A DNA stretch of 57,200 nt from a virus (taxonomy: Duplodnaviria; Caudoviricetes), in IMG/VR virus record IMGVR_UViG_3300046804_002082, positions 1 through 57,200 of that record. One strand, 5' to 3'. Shown in pieces: positions 55,633 through 57,200 of this stretch. The translations under genes were made by a program, and so were the position numbers. The notes beneath the pieces are model-generated. The model had not been told where the DNA came from and made no database searches. It saw only the letters and a list, made by a program, of their open reading frames with translations. How positions within the stretch are numbered: position 1 is the stretch's first letter; each line of letters starts with the position of its first letter.

Positions 55633-57200
55633 ATGTCGGCAAATTTTAGTGTTCAATTTAGAATCAACGAAAAGACTCAGACACGAGTTATTCGTTTAAC
55701 AGATACATCTTCAGGATTTACATTAGCAAAAGGTAACTTTTCAGTAACCTTTCCTGATGGCTCTACTCGAATCAAAACTGAGTGGACTAGCCCTGATATT
55801 ACATCTCCTGCTGCATATATTGATATTTTAGCGGTAACGGATAATAATAACAATGTAATTACGGGTTCATATAAAATTGACTTTATTGCCTTAGATGCGG
55901 CTACAACATCTTATTCAGCATCAAAAGAATTTGATTTTAATTGGGTTAAGCCGACAAACTTAATTACGGATTTATCAGATGTAATTACTCCACAAGTTCA
56001 ATTTAAAGATAATGCTTCCTATTCACCAATAGGTAGTTTTACAGGGACTGTATCAAGAGTATTTTCTGTACCATTCCCAACAACATCTGAAGCTTCTGCT
56101 CAACCTGCAACATCAACGACTGGAAATACATTAACTCCTGTATATTCTGGAAATTATTATGAAGGTGTTTATAATATATCAAATGATGTTTCTTGCAATT
56201 ATACTCATACTACTAATAGTTGGCTGACAATTAATTATGTAGAGCTGTTCACTAAATCTATTGCAATTAAAAAGTGTCCAAATCAATTGGGACTCATTGC
56301 AAAAATGAACACATATAGAGCTGTAATTGAAGCTTATAAAGAAAAGAACGATACGCAATTTAACATACTTAGCGAGCAATATGATTTAGCGATTGCTTTG
56401 TATTCTCATATTATTGCTAGATATGAAACTTCTACGCAAGATGGCTCAGAAGGGCAACTTAGGGAGTTGCTTTCTATTTTAGAGCCATATACTGGTTCTT
56501 ATACGTATCAATCTACAAAGATGTTGCCATTTGAGTTAGCGGTAACAACTAGCAACTCATTTACAATTTCTGATGGCACAAATACGGATTCGGTACAGCT
56601 TGGTGGCACATTAACATTTTCAGGAAACAGTAATGCTTTAAAGCCATCTATAACTGATAATCAAATCAATTTTACTCCTGTATTTGGTACAGATGCAAAT
56701 ACTTTTGCACAAGGTAATGATTCAAGATTCCATAATGCAGTAACCATTGCTACCGCTAACGGTCTTTCTTTGGCTTCTCAGGCACTTTCTCTTGCCACTG
56801 CGACATCTAGTTCATCTGGAGCTATGAGCGCAGCTGATAAGGCAAAATTGGATGGTATTGCTGCTGGTGCAAATGTTGGTACGGTAACTAGTATTGGGAT
56901 TTCAGTTCCTTCTGCATTTACAGTAAGTAATTCTCCTATTACTAGTAGTGGTGTAATTAATATTTCTGCTACGGGTAATCCATTGCAATATATTACAGGT
57001 GCTGGCGCGTTAGCAACATTAAATACTGGTGCAGTTCCTGAGAACGGTAATCTTTATTTTACAAATACAAGAGCAAGAGCTGCTATTTCAGTATCTGGTA
57101 GTTTATCATATAATTCTACGACAGGAGTTATTTCATATACAACTCCTAGTGAAACAGACCCAATATTTACAGCTTCTCCGTCTTATGGTATTACTAACAC
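55633..57200 (+). CDS. Tail fibre/structural protein, 3'-truncated by the window end
   Basis: Hand-translated open frame MSANFSVQF... containing GAMSAADKAKLDGIA, GTVTSI, NLYFTNTRARAAIS and ETDPIFTASP fibre motifs. Confidence 0.8.
   Translation, partial: MSANFSVQFRINEKTQTRVIRLTDTSSGFTLAKGNFSVTFPDGSTRIKTEWTSPDITSPAAYIDILAVTDNNNNVITGSYKIDFIALDAATTSYSASKEFDFNWVKPTNLITDLSDVITPQVQFKDNASYSPIGSFTGTVSRVFSVPFPTTSEASAQPATSTTGNTLTPVYSGNYYEGVYNISNDVSCNYTHTTNSWLTINYVELFTKSIAIKKCPNQLGLIAKMNTYRAVIEAYKEKNDTQFNILSEQYDLAIALYSHIIARYETSTQDGSEGQLRELLSILEPYTGSYTYQSTKMLPFELAVTTSNSFTISDGTNTDSVQLGGTLTFSGNSNALKPSITDNQINFTPVFGTDANTFAQGNDSRFHNAVTIATANGLSLASQALSLATATSSSSGAMSAADKAKLDGIAAGANVGTVTSIGISVPSAFTVSNSPITSSGVINISATGNPLQYITGAGALATLNTGAVPENGNLYFTNTRARAAISVSGSLSYNSTTGVISYTTPSETDPIFTASPSYGITN

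Noticed and set aside
1-57200. Stop-codon reassignment as in some crAss-like phages
   Set aside because: Long genes are intact under the standard bacterial code and tile the genome densely. No canonical suppressor tRNA is present.
57149-57200. Terminal redundancy closing the genome circle
   Set aside because: The match to 1435-1465 is only 31 bp with different flanks, so it is a shared fibre module and not an end overlap.

Overview
The window is most of a circularly permuted, podovirus-like dsDNA phage genome. Its host is probably a Bacteroidota species, because TAnnTTTG promoters recur and Shine-Dalgarno sites are not obvious. The + strand carries the virion genes: GroES-like protein, terminases, portal, scaffold, major capsid and tail fibre (46.3-57.2 kb), then tail fibres, lysis cassette, tail ring/stabilisation proteins, ejection proteins and a 3358-aa polyvalent protein (0-27 kb). 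The - strand (27-45 kb) carries early, recombination and replication genes: ArdC, a DUF4373-type initiator, DnaB, nucleases and an HTH regulator. I saw no DNA polymerase, virion RNA polymerase motif, integrase or reverse transcriptase. The main unexplained signal is a 6.5-kb early region in which 17 small genes are each preceded, 7-12 nt before the ATG, by a ~25-nt hairpin in three sequence classes. Two classes show compensatory stem changes and can form a pseudoknot. Upstream of this array is a ~500-nt non-coding leader with a tRNA-like fold lacking a D-arm and a parS site. A separate oddity is an inverted intergenic copy of an internal segment of the initiator gene, with its 11-mer amplified three times, which is a candidate relocated origin. 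All family assignments come from recognising motifs by eye, not from database searches.
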